43,723 bases of DNA, from assembly GCA_017998375.1 (NCBI GenBank), contig JAGODF010000002.1, positions 1 through 43,723 of the forward strand, given 5' to 3'. This document shows, piece by piece, positions 1 to 9,494 of the stretch (its first letter is position 1; each line of letters starts with the position of its first letter). Source of the stretch: Spirochaetota bacterium. GTDB lineage: Bacteria > Spirochaetota > UBA4802 > JAGODF01. The translations under genes and the position numbers were made by a program. The notes beneath the pieces were generated by a model, which did no database searches, was not told the origin of the DNA, and saw only the letters and a list, made by a program, of their open reading frames with translations.

Positions 1-1731
1 CTGCAGACCGGCTTCGAGAACGCCGACGACCACGTCTATCTCCAGACGATGAACAGCCGCTACGGGATACTCTACTCTCGCGCCGGCAACGGCATCTGCC
101 ACCAGGTCCACCTGGAGCGCTTCGCGCGACCCGGCGCGACGCTCCTGGGCTCGGACAGCCACACGCCCACGGGCGGCGGCATAGGGATGATAGCGATCGG
201 CGCCGGTGGGCTGGACGTGGCGGTCGCAATGGGCGGCGGTCCCTTCTATCTCGCCTGCCCCAGGGTCATCCGCGTCAACCTCACCGGGGCACTCAGGCCC
301 TGGGTATCGGCCAAGGACGTGATACTCACGGTGCTCCAGGTCCTCACCACGAAGGGCAACGTGGGCTGCGTGGTGGAATACGCGGGCCCCGGCGTGGAGA
401 CCCTTTCCGTCCCGGAGCGCGCCACCATCACCAACATGGGCGCGGAGCTGGGCGTCACCACGTCGCTCTTCCCCAGTGACGGGGTCACGCGCCAGTTTCT
501 ATCCGCGCAGAACCGCGCGTCATCGTGGACGGAACTCCTCCCGGACGCCGGCGCCGAGTACGAGCGCACCATCGATATCGACCTCTCCCGGATAGTTCCC
601 ATGGTCGCACTCCCCCATTCACCGGACAACGTGAAGCGCGTCTCCGAGGTAAAGGGACTGAAGGTGGACCAGGTGGCGATAGGGAGCTGCACCAACTCGT
701 CGTTCCGAGACCTCATGACCGTGACCGCCGTCCTGCGCGGCAAGCGGGCACACCCGGCCGTGAGCCTTGCCGTGGCGCCCGGCTCGCGCCAGGTGCTGGA
801 GATGATCGCGCGCAACGGCGCCATGGCGGACCTCATCGCTTCCGGCGCGCGCATCATGGAATCGGCCTGCGGGTTCTGCATAGGCAACGGATTCGCGCCC
901 AAGTCCGGCGGCGCGTCGCTCCGCACCAACAACAGGAACTTCGAGGGGCGCTCCGGCACGAAGGACGCCAGCGTCTACCTGGTGAGCCCCGAAACGGCCG
1001 CCCTTTCCGCCGTGGCCGGTGAGCTCACGGACCCGCTGGACATGCCCGCGTCAGAATGCCCGAAGGTGGAAACCCCCGCGCATTTCATCGTCGACGATTC
1101 CATGATCGTCGCGCCCAGGTTTGGGGACGCGGAGATCGTCCGGGGACCCAATATCGGCGAGCCGCCGCGCACCGACGCGCTCCCCGGCGAAATCCGCGGC
1201 GTTATCGGCCTGAAGGTGGGCGATAAGATCACCACAGACCACATCATGCCCGCAGGACAGCGCCTCAAGTACCGGTCGAACATCCCCGAGTACGCGAACT
1301 ACGTGTTCGAGAACGTCGACCCGCAGTTCTCGAAAAGGGCCCTGGACAACAAGTCAAAGGGAATCTTCACCGCCATCTGCGGCGGCGAGAGCTACGGGCA
1401 GGGCTCCAGCCGGGAGCATGCCGCCATCTGCCCCATGCACCTCGGCGTGCGCATGGTGATGGCGAAGTCGTTCGAGCGCATCCATTCGACCAACCTGGTG
1501 AATTTCGGGATCCTCCCACTCGTTTTCGACAATCCCGCCGACTACGAAGGGATATCCCTGGGAGACGAATTCATCGCGGAGAAACTGAAGGAGCAGGTGT
1601 CCGGGAAAGGGGGGAAGATACTCGTGCGCGTGGGCGGCAAGGAGAGGACATTCACGCTCCTGGCCACTGAGCGCCAGCGAGAGATCCTCCTGGAAGGGGG
1701 GCTCCTGAACTACACGAGGAAGCGGTTCTAG
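1..1731 (+). CDS. aconitase-family hydratase (fused catalytic + swivel domains, 'putative aconitate hydratase' type); N-terminus cut by window edge
   Basis: Frame 1 is open from nt 1 (LQTGFENADDHVYLQT precedes the first Met at 49). Aconitase signatures GSDSHTPTGGG, IGSCTNSS, NNRNFEGRSG and C-terminal swivel motif GQGSSREHAA. Stop TAG 1729-1731. Confidence 0.85.
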   Translation: MQTGFENADDHVYLQTMNSRYGILYSRAGNGICHQVHLERFARPGATLLGSDSHTPTGGGIGMIAIGAGGLDVAVAMGGGPFYLACPRVIRVNLTGALRPWVSAKDVILTVLQVLTTKGNVGCVVEYAGPGVETLSVPERATITNMGAELGVTTSLFPSDGVTRQFLSAQNRASSWTELLPDAGAEYERTIDIDLSRIVPMVALPHSPDNVKRVSEVKGLKVDQVAIGSCTNSSFRDLMTVTAVLRGKRAHPAVSLAVAPGSRQVLEMIARNGAMADLIASGARIMESACGFCIGNGFAPKSGGASLRTNNRNFEGRSGTKDASVYLVSPETAALSAVAGELTDPLDMPASECPKVETPAHFIVDDSMIVAPRFGDAEIVRGPNIGEPPRTDALPGEIRGVIGLKVGDKITTDHIMPAGQRLKYRSNIPEYANYVFENVDPQFSKRALDNKSKGIFTAICGGESYGQGSSREHAAICPMHLGVRMVMAKSFERIHSTNLVNFGILPLVFDNPADYEGISLGDEFIAEKLKEQVSGKGGKILVRVGGKERTFTLLATERQREILLEGGLLNYTRKRF

Positions 1732-2321
1732 TTCCGGACGTTGATGAGGCGCACGTTGAAGCCGCAGTAGGGCAGCCAGCCCTTGCGCTTCGCCTTGTCG
1801 AAGGAGATGATGAGGTGCGGCAGGTACTCCGGCTCGAAGGGCTGCCTGGGAAGGAACCATTTCAGTTCCTCGAGGAGCCGGTTTCCCTTCCTGCCGTTGC
1901 ACCAGCGGCAGGCGCAGACCAGGTTCTTCCAGCTTGAAAATCCGTCCCGAAGTTCGCGTCCCGTCACCGATTCCCACCTGCTCCGCGGCACTATGTGGTC
2001 CACCGTGAGTTCCCTCATGGAGAAGCGCCGCCCGCAGTACTGGCAGATCATGTCGTCGCGGTAAATCACGTTGAGCTTGGAAAACGCAACCTTCCGCCTG
2101 GGGAACTGGTTGTAGCCGATGACCGATACGACCGACGGTATCCTGATGGAAAGGGACGGGGACCGGACGAAGCCGTCCTCCTCCAGGACCGGTTTCGCCC
2201 GCTCGGACGCGACAAGGCAGATGGCCTCTTTTACATTGGAGATCCTGATGGGTATGAAGGCTGAATTGAGCACCAGCACTTCAGAATTCAGCGTCGAAGT
2301 GGCGGGGCCTGTAGCTGCCAT
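1728..2321 (-). CDS. HNH endonuclease family protein
   Basis: 197-aa ORF with HNH/zinc-finger motif CQYCG...LTVDHIVPRS...WKNLVCACRWCNGRKGN. SD-like GAGGAGCGGAG upstream of ATG 2321. Its stop overlaps the aconitase stop (CTAG at 1728-1731). Confidence 0.8.
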   Translation of the reverse strand: MAATGPATSTLNSEVLVLNSAFIPIRISNVKEAICLVASERAKPVLEEDGFVRSPSLSIRIPSVVSVIGYNQFPRRKVAFSKLNVIYRDDMICQYCGRRFSMRELTVDHIVPRSRWESVTGRELRDGFSSWKNLVCACRWCNGRKGNRLLEELKWFLPRQPFEPEYLPHLIISFDKAKRKGWLPYCGFNVRLINVRN

Positions 2322-2490
2322 GGTTTACACTCCGCTCCTCTCATGGGCATCCCGGGAAAACGGTGAGCAAAACCGACTGTCCCTTCACGGCGCCCTCGAG
2401 GATCGCGACCGCGCGACAGAATTAAAAAATCGCAATATGGAAAATCGTCATTCCAATAATGTCAAGACGTTTTTGCGCCGACCGCGGGCC

Positions 2491-3324
2491 TCACTCCGCC
2501 TCGAGGACCACCCTGAAACCGCGGAACCCGTCGCCGATATCCGGCCCGCCGGCGTTGCGCAGTCCCGACCTCATGTAGTATCCGCCGTCCTTCCAGGAGC
2601 CGCCGCGAAGCACCCTGAGCTCACCGCGGGAGGGCCCCCGCGGATTATTTTCCGGCGAGGACGCGTAGTAGCGGATATCGTACCGGTCGGCGCACCATTC
2701 CCAGACGTTGCCGCTCATGTCGAAGAGCCCGAAAGCGTTGGCGCGCCTGCCGCCCACTGGACGCGGTCCGCCTCCGCCGCCCGACGCGCCGGAGTTGTGA
2801 TAGTACCAGCAGTAGCGCCCGTCCACACGGTCGCCCCAGTAGTAATGGGTAGAGGTTCCGGCGCGGCAGGCGTATTCCCACTCCGCCTCGTACGGCAGCC
2901 TCGCGCGCACTCCGTGGCGCGCGCCGAAGCGCCGGCAGAACTCGGCCGCGTCGTTCCAGCTCACGCGCGTGACAGGGAGGCGGGCCCCGGGTCCGCCGCG
3001 CGAGGGATCGGCTCCCATTACCGCCAGGTACTCTTCCCGGGTGACCTCGCACGCGCCCATCCAGAACGGCGAGACGCCGACGCGGTGCCGGGGACACTCC
3101 TCGGCGACGCCCTGGCCGCAGTCGGAAAATCCCATGAGGAATCCGCCGCCCGGTATCTTCGCGAACTCCATGCCGCCCACCGTTTTACGGGTGATGGGAG
3201 CGTCGTTCCTCGGCGCGGCGCTCCCGCACGAAAGTATCGCCGTGTAAAACAGAAAAGACGTTAGTATCAGGATGAGTGATGAGTAATGCGTGAGGGCGAT
3301 ATCATGCCGCAAAGAACCGTTCAT
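2491..3324 (-). CDS. formylglycine-generating-enzyme (SUMF1/FGE-sulfatase) family lipoprotein
   Basis: Family signatures VTRVSWNDAAEFC, LPYEAEWEYACRAG, FGLFDMSGNVWEWC, VLRGGSW. N-terminal signal with lipobox ILSCG. SD GGGGGTGA before ATG 3324. Confidence 0.85.
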   Translation of the reverse strand: MNGSLRHDIALTHYSSLILILTSFLFYTAILSCGSAAPRNDAPITRKTVGGMEFAKIPGGGFLMGFSDCGQGVAEECPRHRVGVSPFWMGACEVTREEYLAVMGADPSRGGPGARLPVTRVSWNDAAEFCRRFGARHGVRARLPYEAEWEYACRAGTSTHYYWGDRVDGRYCWYYHNSGASGGGGGPRPVGGRRANAFGLFDMSGNVWEWCADRYDIRYYASSPENNPRGPSRGELRVLRGGSWKDGGYYMRSGLRNAGGPDIGDGFRGFRVVLEAE

Positions 3325-3363
3325 GTATCACCCCCACCGGAGAAAAAGAAAAACAGTCATTTT

Positions 3364-4344
3364 TCACTGCAGTCCGAAGTTTCCGCCCTCGTCGAAGCTC
3401 AGTTTCAGCGGAGCTTTCCTGATGTCCTCCGGCAGGTTCATGAACGTCTCCCCCCGGACATTGAATACACCCTTCCTCTGCTCGAAGACCTTGAGCACGC
3501 CCTTGCCGAGCTTCTTCGAGCTCAGCTGGTTCGCCACGCTGATTATCATCGTGTCGCCCACGCTCTGGGTCTTGCTGGTGTCTCCGTTGAAGACCTTCTC
3601 CCCATTCATGGAGAAATCGTAGTTCAGCGTGTTGAAGAGGATCTTCGCCTTCGTCTCGTTCCGTATCTTTATGTCGAAGTTCACGTCCATCTTCAGATCA
3701 AGGTCGGCGAGTCCTATCTCCGCCGGGTTGACGCGCTTGCCGTTGAGCATGCTGCCTATGGCGCCGAAGATAGTGTCCGCGTTGAGGTTCTGCCCGCTGC
3801 GCCGGATGGCGTCCTTGATGCTCGCCATGCTGGGCGCCTTCACCTTGAAGTTCTCAATCGCCACGTGGGGTTTGATGGCGGGGATCCTTTTGCTCACCTT
3901 GAAGGGATACTTGAAGGAGCCGGGCAGTCCGGGTATCTTCGGGAGGGGAATATGCAGTTCCCCGGAGATATCGCACATCAGGTACTCCTTCTGCCGGTAG
4001 TCCTTCACTATGCCGATTATCTTCGAGTACTCCAGGTTGAGTACCAGCGGCGTCACGGCCGCTCCCCTCGCCCTCACAGTGAACCCCGAGGGCGTGGTGG
4101 TGGCCAGGAGCTGCTTCTTCTCGATGTCCACCTTGAAGGTGACCTTTTCGAGCTTCAGCCCGATTGGATACGGATTGGTGATCTCGATGTCGAACAGCAG
4201 GTCGATGTCCCTCAGGCTGATGCTCTTGATGTCGAAGTCCTTGACGCTCACGCCGGGCATCTTCAGGCCAAAAGACTGGATGTCCGCCGTGGTGCACGAC
4301 AGTACCGCCAGGATGACTAGCGCCGACAGCAGGTAAATTTTCAT
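3364..4344 (-). CDS. LEA_2/WHy-type (late-embryogenesis-abundant-like) lipoprotein
   Basis: ORF 3364-4464 trimmed to the Met at 4344, which has GGAGG just upstream and starts a lipoprotein signal (MKIYLLSALVILAVLSC). Repeated beta-sandwich LEA_2-like segments, e.g. VSVKDFDIKSISLRDIDLLFDIEITNPYPIGLKLEKVTF. Confidence 0.6.
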   Translation of the reverse strand: MKIYLLSALVILAVLSCTTADIQSFGLKMPGVSVKDFDIKSISLRDIDLLFDIEITNPYPIGLKLEKVTFKVDIEKKQLLATTTPSGFTVRARGAAVTPLVLNLEYSKIIGIVKDYRQKEYLMCDISGELHIPLPKIPGLPGSFKYPFKVSKRIPAIKPHVAIENFKVKAPSMASIKDAIRRSGQNLNADTIFGAIGSMLNGKRVNPAEIGLADLDLKMDVNFDIKIRNETKAKILFNTLNYDFSMNGEKVFNGDTSKTQSVGDTMIISVANQLSSKKLGKGVLKVFEQRKGVFNVRGETFMNLPEDIRKAPLKLSFDEGGNFGLQ

Positions 4345-4612
4345 GACGCCTCCGGAAACGAAGTACCAAGGATATACGCACCAGAAAGCGTATCCCCGTC
4401 CCCGGCGGTTGTCAAGAACTCTATCGGCGTCGGGCATGGTTCCAGCCCGGCAAACCGCGCACAATCCCTGAAAATGCCGTATCAGCCAAAAAACTAATTG
4501 AAATTGTTGATTCGTGCCTGTACAAATGCCACAGTATCATCCACGCCTTTTTTCAGGACGCGCGCATGATACCAATCGTTGCGGACACGTGACCCGCTGC
4601 CGGATATTCGAA

Positions 4613-5500
4613 ATGCGTCTACACTTCAAAACCCGCGCCATCATCGCCCTCCTGGCCGCCATTGCCCTGGCGGGCACGGCCACGCCTCTCTTCGCCCAGC
4701 GCACCAAGTCCAGCAACCGGGCCGGCGAGCAGGTCAAGGCGGAGAAGGGCCTGAAAGACAACCGCTACTTCTTCTACTTCATCAACTCCTCCGTGACCAA
4801 TTTCGGCACCGACCAGGACAGGAAATCGTTCCGCGAGGCCATCCTCCGCGACATGATCTCCCAGATGCTCTACATGCGCTATCTCTTCCACGAGTCCTAC
4901 GTAGAGATACGGAAGGCCCAGGCCCTGCTTATAGAGGTCTATCGCAGCACCCTCCAGCGCGACATCGACAACGCGCGGCTGCTCCTCAACGGGATAGTCC
5001 CCTCGGTGTTCGACACCGACGACCGGGACGCGAACCTCTATCTCCGCCTGGGATACCGCGACCTCAACGTCGCGAAAATATACCTGGGCATGGGCGATAA
5101 CATCACCGAAAAGCTCTACTCCATGCGCCTGTACAAATACGTCGAGGCGATGAAAACCGCGAAGCACGGCTCCCGTTATGCGATACTCGGCATGATAGCC
5201 GTGGCCGAGAGGCTGTCTGATACAACCGGCTCTCATGGCGTGCAGAACGCCTTCACCACGGCGACGGTCTCCATCCAGGAGGCCATCGACGAGTATGACA
5301 GGCGAAACTTCACCTTCAACACGATCATGAACAAGATAGAGAAGCACGCACCTCCCGAGGAGCGGGAAAAATACATCACCGTGCACTACGACAGCTATTT
5401 CCGCGCCCGGAACGGAAAATCGTTTTTCGACGAGATATGGGACAAGGCAGAAGTGAACACCATCGAGGACTTCCAGCAGTACAAATCATCGCTTGACTGA
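4613..5500 (+). CDS. hypothetical secreted helical protein (paralogue A)
   Basis: ORF 4514-5500 trimmed to Met 4613, where a signal peptide begins (MRLHFKTRAIIALLAAIALAGTATPLFAQ). No catalytic motif recognised. Shares short segments with ORF 9495-10253. Start uncertain (no clear SD). Confidence 0.55.
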   Translation: MRLHFKTRAIIALLAAIALAGTATPLFAQRTKSSNRAGEQVKAEKGLKDNRYFFYFINSSVTNFGTDQDRKSFREAILRDMISQMLYMRYLFHESYVEIRKAQALLIEVYRSTLQRDIDNARLLLNGIVPSVFDTDDRDANLYLRLGYRDLNVAKIYLGMGDNITEKLYSMRLYKYVEAMKTAKHGSRYAILGMIAVAERLSDTTGSHGVQNAFTTATVSIQEAIDEYDRRNFTFNTIMNKIEKHAPPEEREKYITVHYDSYFRARNGKSFFDEIWDKAEVNTIEDFQQYKSSLD

Positions 5501-5528
5501 TCCGGGAGACGCGGAAAAAGGGGACGCC

Positions 5529-7808
5529 ATGGGAAGGACGTTGCTGACAGCTATTTGCTCGTGCATCATCGCGATGTCGTGCGGCCGCCAGGCCCCGGGA
5601 CGGGACCTTCCCCGCCTCGGATTCTATTACCCGCCCGAAAGGATCATCGAGAAGCTCAAGGACGTCGAGCCGGGCTTCCGCGAGCACTACATGCTGGGGC
5701 TCGCGCACAGGGAGCTCAAGCAGCACAGGAACGCCATCTTTCACTTCGCCAACAGCGCCTTCGTCTACGAGCGGAAGAAGAATCTCCGCATATTCGCCGG
5801 TCCCGTCTACCAGTTCGCGGACGAGTTCCATATCAAGTCGGACTACTACGACGACGCCATGTACGAGCTTGCAGGGATGTTCTACCTCTTCCGCGAGTAC
5901 GATCACGTCGTGAAGTTCGTGGATCTCATGGACAGGCAGCCCACGGCGCTCTACAGGGACGCCGCGGTTCTGAAATCCCGTGCGCTCTGCGAACTCAAAA
6001 AATTCGACCTGGCGGCGGAGAGTATCAACGCCCTCCTGCCGGAATACCCGCAGAAGGCATCCCAGGCCTTGCTCCGCATCCGCCTCGCGTCCACCTGGAA
6101 CCAGGCGGGCGACAGCGCCAAGGCCCTCGAAGAATATTTCAGGGTGATAGACCTGGACCCCGAGAGCTGGCGCGCCGGCATCGCCGCCGGGCAGATCACT
6201 GAGATACTGAAAGCAACTGCGCGCGCCCTCACCCCTGCGCAGAAACTTTCCCTGGGAAAAGCGCTCTACCACGCGCGCAGCTATTCCGCGGCCTCCGCGA
6301 TTATATCCGAAGCGCTCTCGGCTCCATCACTGAAGGAAGGACGGGACGACGCGACAATCTATCTCATCAAGTCGTACGTGCGCGAACGTCGCCTTCCGCA
6401 GGCCCAGGCGCTCGTCGCCGGTACCAGGAAAAGGCCTGACCATCATCTCTTCGCACGCGCCGAGGCCGACACGCTCTGGTTCTCCGGACAGAAAGCGGCG
6501 GCGGTCCAGAAATACCGCGTACTGGCATCGTCCTCCACGGAGTCGGCGAAGGACGCGCTTAAGCGCGTGGTCCTCTACACCGAGGAGCGCAAGCTTCCGG
6601 GCTTCCAGGATCTCCTGCGCGAGTACATGACCCGCTTTCCCGGCGACGAGAATTCCGATCTCTTCTCGTGGCTCCTGGCGCGGAGCTACATCCGCGCCCG
6701 CGATTTCTCCTCCGCGCTCCCGGTCATCACCGCGCATCTCGCGGGCATGCCCGACGGAAAGTACTCCGATCACATGAGGTTCTGGCTCTACAAGATCAGC
6801 ACCATGAAGGGCGAGCGCGATACAGCCCTGTCAGCGCTGAGGGACATGACGGTGAAAAATCCCGATTCTTCCTACACCTGGATACTTCTCGACCTGCTGT
6901 CCCGCGATCCTGTCGCCGCGGACGCCGGGGAAAAGCTCCGCTCCTGCGACCGTGACGAGTGCCGCCAGATGTACCATGCCCTGCTCACCCTGGGAGAGAA
7001 GGACCTGGCGAAGCGCGACGTGCGCATCAGGAACGTGAACCCGGGAAACACACGCGCGTACAACGATTTTGAGAGCAGGATAGCCGGACCTTCGCTCTCG
7101 TCGGACAGCGCTTCCGCCCTCAGGCGCCTGAAAAAATATTTCGAGATAGGCAACATCGACGCGGTCAACCGTGAGGTGTCCGCCCTCCCCGACGATGACG
7201 ATACCACGCTCGACACGCATACCGCCCTGGCGCATTTTGCCGGCAGGTACGGCAACCACTATCTGTCTGCCTATTCCACGGTGCAGCTTCTCAACTCGCT
7301 GAAGCTCGACACCAACCTGTTTCTCATGCACCGGGACACCATCCGGCGGCTCTATCCGGAAGCGTTTCCCAAATGCGTGAAAAAGTATTCGGAGAAATAC
7401 ACTATCAGCCGCGCCACCCTCTACGCCGTGATACGTTCCGAGTCGTTCTACAACAACGAGGCGCTCTCCCCGGCCGGCGCGGTGGGCCTCATGCAGCTCA
7501 TGCCGGCGACGGCCCGCGCCATCGCCCGCGAGCTGGGTGAGTCTTCCTACAACCTGAAAAAGCCCTGCACCTCGGTGAAGTACGGCGCGCACAATCTCGC
7601 CTGGCTGGACAAAACCTACGGCGGTAAAATAGAGCTGATGATAGCCGCGTACAACGCCGGCCCCGGCAACCTCCAGAAGTGGCGGGAGAAGTTCAACACC
7701 GACGACATCCATCTGTTCACGGAACTGGTCCCCTTCGACGAGACCCGCTATTACATGCTGCGCACCAAGAAGAACCTGCTCCAGGGGGAACTGGCATACG
7801 GTAAATGA
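5529..7808 (+). CDS. Slt70-like soluble lytic murein transglycosylase (helical/TPR-like N-region + SLT domain), lipoprotein
   Basis: SLT catalytic block SESFYNNEALSPAGAVGLMQLMPATA and AAYNAGPGN near the C-terminus, after a long helical repeat region. Trimmed to ATG 5529 (SD AAGGGGA), giving signal MGRTLLTAICSCIIAMSCG. Confidence 0.85.
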   Translation: MGRTLLTAICSCIIAMSCGRQAPGRDLPRLGFYYPPERIIEKLKDVEPGFREHYMLGLAHRELKQHRNAIFHFANSAFVYERKKNLRIFAGPVYQFADEFHIKSDYYDDAMYELAGMFYLFREYDHVVKFVDLMDRQPTALYRDAAVLKSRALCELKKFDLAAESINALLPEYPQKASQALLRIRLASTWNQAGDSAKALEEYFRVIDLDPESWRAGIAAGQITEILKATARALTPAQKLSLGKALYHARSYSAASAIISEALSAPSLKEGRDDATIYLIKSYVRERRLPQAQALVAGTRKRPDHHLFARAEADTLWFSGQKAAAVQKYRVLASSSTESAKDALKRVVLYTEERKLPGFQDLLREYMTRFPGDENSDLFSWLLARSYIRARDFSSALPVITAHLAGMPDGKYSDHMRFWLYKISTMKGERDTALSALRDMTVKNPDSSYTWILLDLLSRDPVAADAGEKLRSCDRDECRQMYHALLTLGEKDLAKRDVRIRNVNPGNTRAYNDFESRIAGPSLSSDSASALRRLKKYFEIGNIDAVNREVSALPDDDDTTLDTHTALAHFAGRYGNHYLSAYSTVQLLNSLKLDTNLFLMHRDTIRRLYPEAFPKCVKKYSEKYTISRATLYAVIRSESFYNNEALSPAGAVGLMQLMPATARAIARELGESSYNLKKPCTSVKYGAHNLAWLDKTYGGKIELMIAAYNAGPGNLQKWREKFNTDDIHLFTELVPFDETRYYMLRTKKNLLQGELAYGK

Positions 7809-7953
7809 CGGCTCCAACCGCCGGAGTAGCGGAATATTTTGTACTTTACCCGGGGGAACAAGTATAGTAGACATATACGTGGCGGCGGGCCCGGGGAAAC
7901 GACCGGCACCTGCCGCGATGAGCACATTTTCTCGCACATAGGATGGTGGCACC

Positions 7954-8649
7954 ATGAAGCGCGCACTGATCATCACGATCGTCATGTTCTCGTTGTCGCT
8001 CCCGGTGTACGCGCAACAGGGCGTGGGCAAGATAATCCAGCTGGTCAACGACGTCGACATCACCTCACTGACCACCGGGAAAAGAATAGTCCCCGAGATC
8101 GGGTTTATCGTGCACACGGACCACAAGATACGGACCGGGAAGAGGTCTTTCGTGGAGATACTCCTGGACAACGGCACGAGGCTCCAGCTGAAGGACATAT
8201 CGGTCCTCAACGTTTCGTCACTGAAGCTCACGAAGAACGACGAGCCCACCCGCCTGCGGCTGATAACCGGCAAGGTCCGCGTATCGCTCAAGAAGATCTA
8301 CCGCGACGGACATTCACTGATCCTCAAGACGCCCACGGCGATCGCGGGCGTCCGGGGAACCGATTTCGGGGTCATCGCGAGCCAGTTCGAGACGAAGGTG
8401 CTCGTGTTCGAGGGAAAGCTCGACATCGCCAGCTCCAACGCCTCGATTCTCAAATCCCAGCAGCTGGGCGAGCGCGACGAGTGCGATATCGTGAAGGATC
8501 GTGAGCCGTCCAACGTGAGGAAACTCCCGTCTAATCTCGTTGATACATGGTTCGAACGTTACGAGATAGATGCGCGGAACCGCATCATCCGCAAACGTGC
8601 GGAAAACGAAGGCATCCTGGACGACATTCTCAGGAAACGCCAGTATTGA
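7954..8649 (+). CDS. secreted FecR-domain protein
   Basis: Signal peptide MKRALIITIVMFSLSLPVYAQ. FecR-type block KTPTAIAGVRGTDFGV. Its stop TGA shares its A with the next gene's ATG. Confidence 0.75.
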   Translation: MKRALIITIVMFSLSLPVYAQQGVGKIIQLVNDVDITSLTTGKRIVPEIGFIVHTDHKIRTGKRSFVEILLDNGTRLQLKDISVLNVSSLKLTKNDEPTRLRLITGKVRVSLKKIYRDGHSLILKTPTAIAGVRGTDFGVIASQFETKVLVFEGKLDIASSNASILKSQQLGERDECDIVKDREPSNVRKLPSNLVDTWFERYEIDARNRIIRKRAENEGILDDILRKRQY

Positions 8650-9461
8650 TGGACCGCGTTCTTTCCCAGGGGGTGATGCGGGCCGCCTGTATCGCCCTCC
8701 CCCTGTTCCTCCTCCTCTGTTCCTCCAGGGACCAGTCTCTGATTAAAGACGCCGAGATCGGCAAATACAGGTCGCTCTACGAAAGCTCCGACTGGACCGT
8801 GAGGAAGCAGGCCGTCGCGAAGGCCTCCCGCATCCTTACCCAGGAGGGCACGGACCTGCTGCTGAAGGCAACCTCGGACAGCCACACCCTGGTGCGCATG
8901 GAGGCGATATCCGGACTTCGGCGCCACAAGTCGCCCCGCGCCCGGGAGCGAGTACGCGAAATAATAGAGACCACGGACGATTCCAACATCAGGTGGCAGG
9001 CCCTCAAAACTATGGGCTATTACCGTGAGCCGACGGCGGCGCTGCTCTTCGCGAAAAACCTGAAACACGACGACTGGCTCATCCGTGAGGAATCGATCAA
9101 GGGTCTCCTGAAGATAGACGACTACGCCATACGGTACGTATCGGTACCGTACATCATCGATGCCCTTCGCGATCCATCGATGAGCGTCAAGCTCACCACG
9201 CTGAAAAACCTTCGGGTCACCGACCCGCGCATTTACTCCAGTCTCTCCGCGATGCTCCTGTCCGCGGAGAACAGGCGGCATGCCCTCATCCAGGAAACCC
9301 TCAACGCCCTCAAGGAATACGATCTCGACGCGAAAACGAGGGAGAAGGTGATAGGGTATCTCACGCACCAGAACAGGGACATCCGTCTCACCGCGTACCG
9401 GGTCCTCGTGGCGCAGAATGAACGGGATGAAAACAGAAAGGCCCCCTCGCGTTCGCGATAA
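8649..9461 (+). CDS. HEAT/PBS-lyase-repeat lipoprotein
   Basis: ORF 8547-9461 trimmed to ATG 8649 (MDRVLSQGVMRAACIALPLFLLLCSS, lipobox). Repeated HEAT-like units: DSHTLVRMEAISGLRR, DSNIRWQALKTMGYY, DDWLIREESIKGLLKI, DPSMSVKLTTLKNL, NRDIRLTAYRVL. Confidence 0.7.
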   Translation: MDRVLSQGVMRAACIALPLFLLLCSSRDQSLIKDAEIGKYRSLYESSDWTVRKQAVAKASRILTQEGTDLLLKATSDSHTLVRMEAISGLRRHKSPRARERVREIIETTDDSNIRWQALKTMGYYREPTAALLFAKNLKHDDWLIREESIKGLLKIDDYAIRYVSVPYIIDALRDPSMSVKLTTLKNLRVTDPRIYSSLSAMLLSAENRRHALIQETLNALKEYDLDAKTREKVIGYLTHQNRDIRLTAYRVLVAQNERDENRKAPSRSR

Positions 9462-9470
9462 GGGGGCCTT
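9438..9470 (-). terminator. GC-rich hairpin, probable intrinsic terminator of the minus-strand gene 9495-10253 (possibly bidirectional)
   Basis: Perfect 10-bp stem AAGGCCCCCT / AGGGGGCCTT with a 13-nt loop. On the minus strand it is followed by TCTGTTTTC. It lies inside the last codons of the HEAT gene. There is no U-tract on the plus strand. Confidence 0.5.
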
Positions 9471-9494
9471 CTGCCGCAACCGGTGCGCGACGGC

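Noticed and set aside
2119-4320. 381-aa and 344-aa plus-strand ORFs antisense to the FGE-family and LEA_2-type genes.
   Set aside because: Arg/Ala/Pro-rich artefactual translations. The minus-strand frames have family motifs, signal peptides and SDs.
6831-8291. 486-aa minus-strand ORF antisense to the transglycosylase and FecR genes.
   Set aside because: It crosses an intergenic region and two well-supported plus-strand genes. Low-complexity translation, so treated as spurious.
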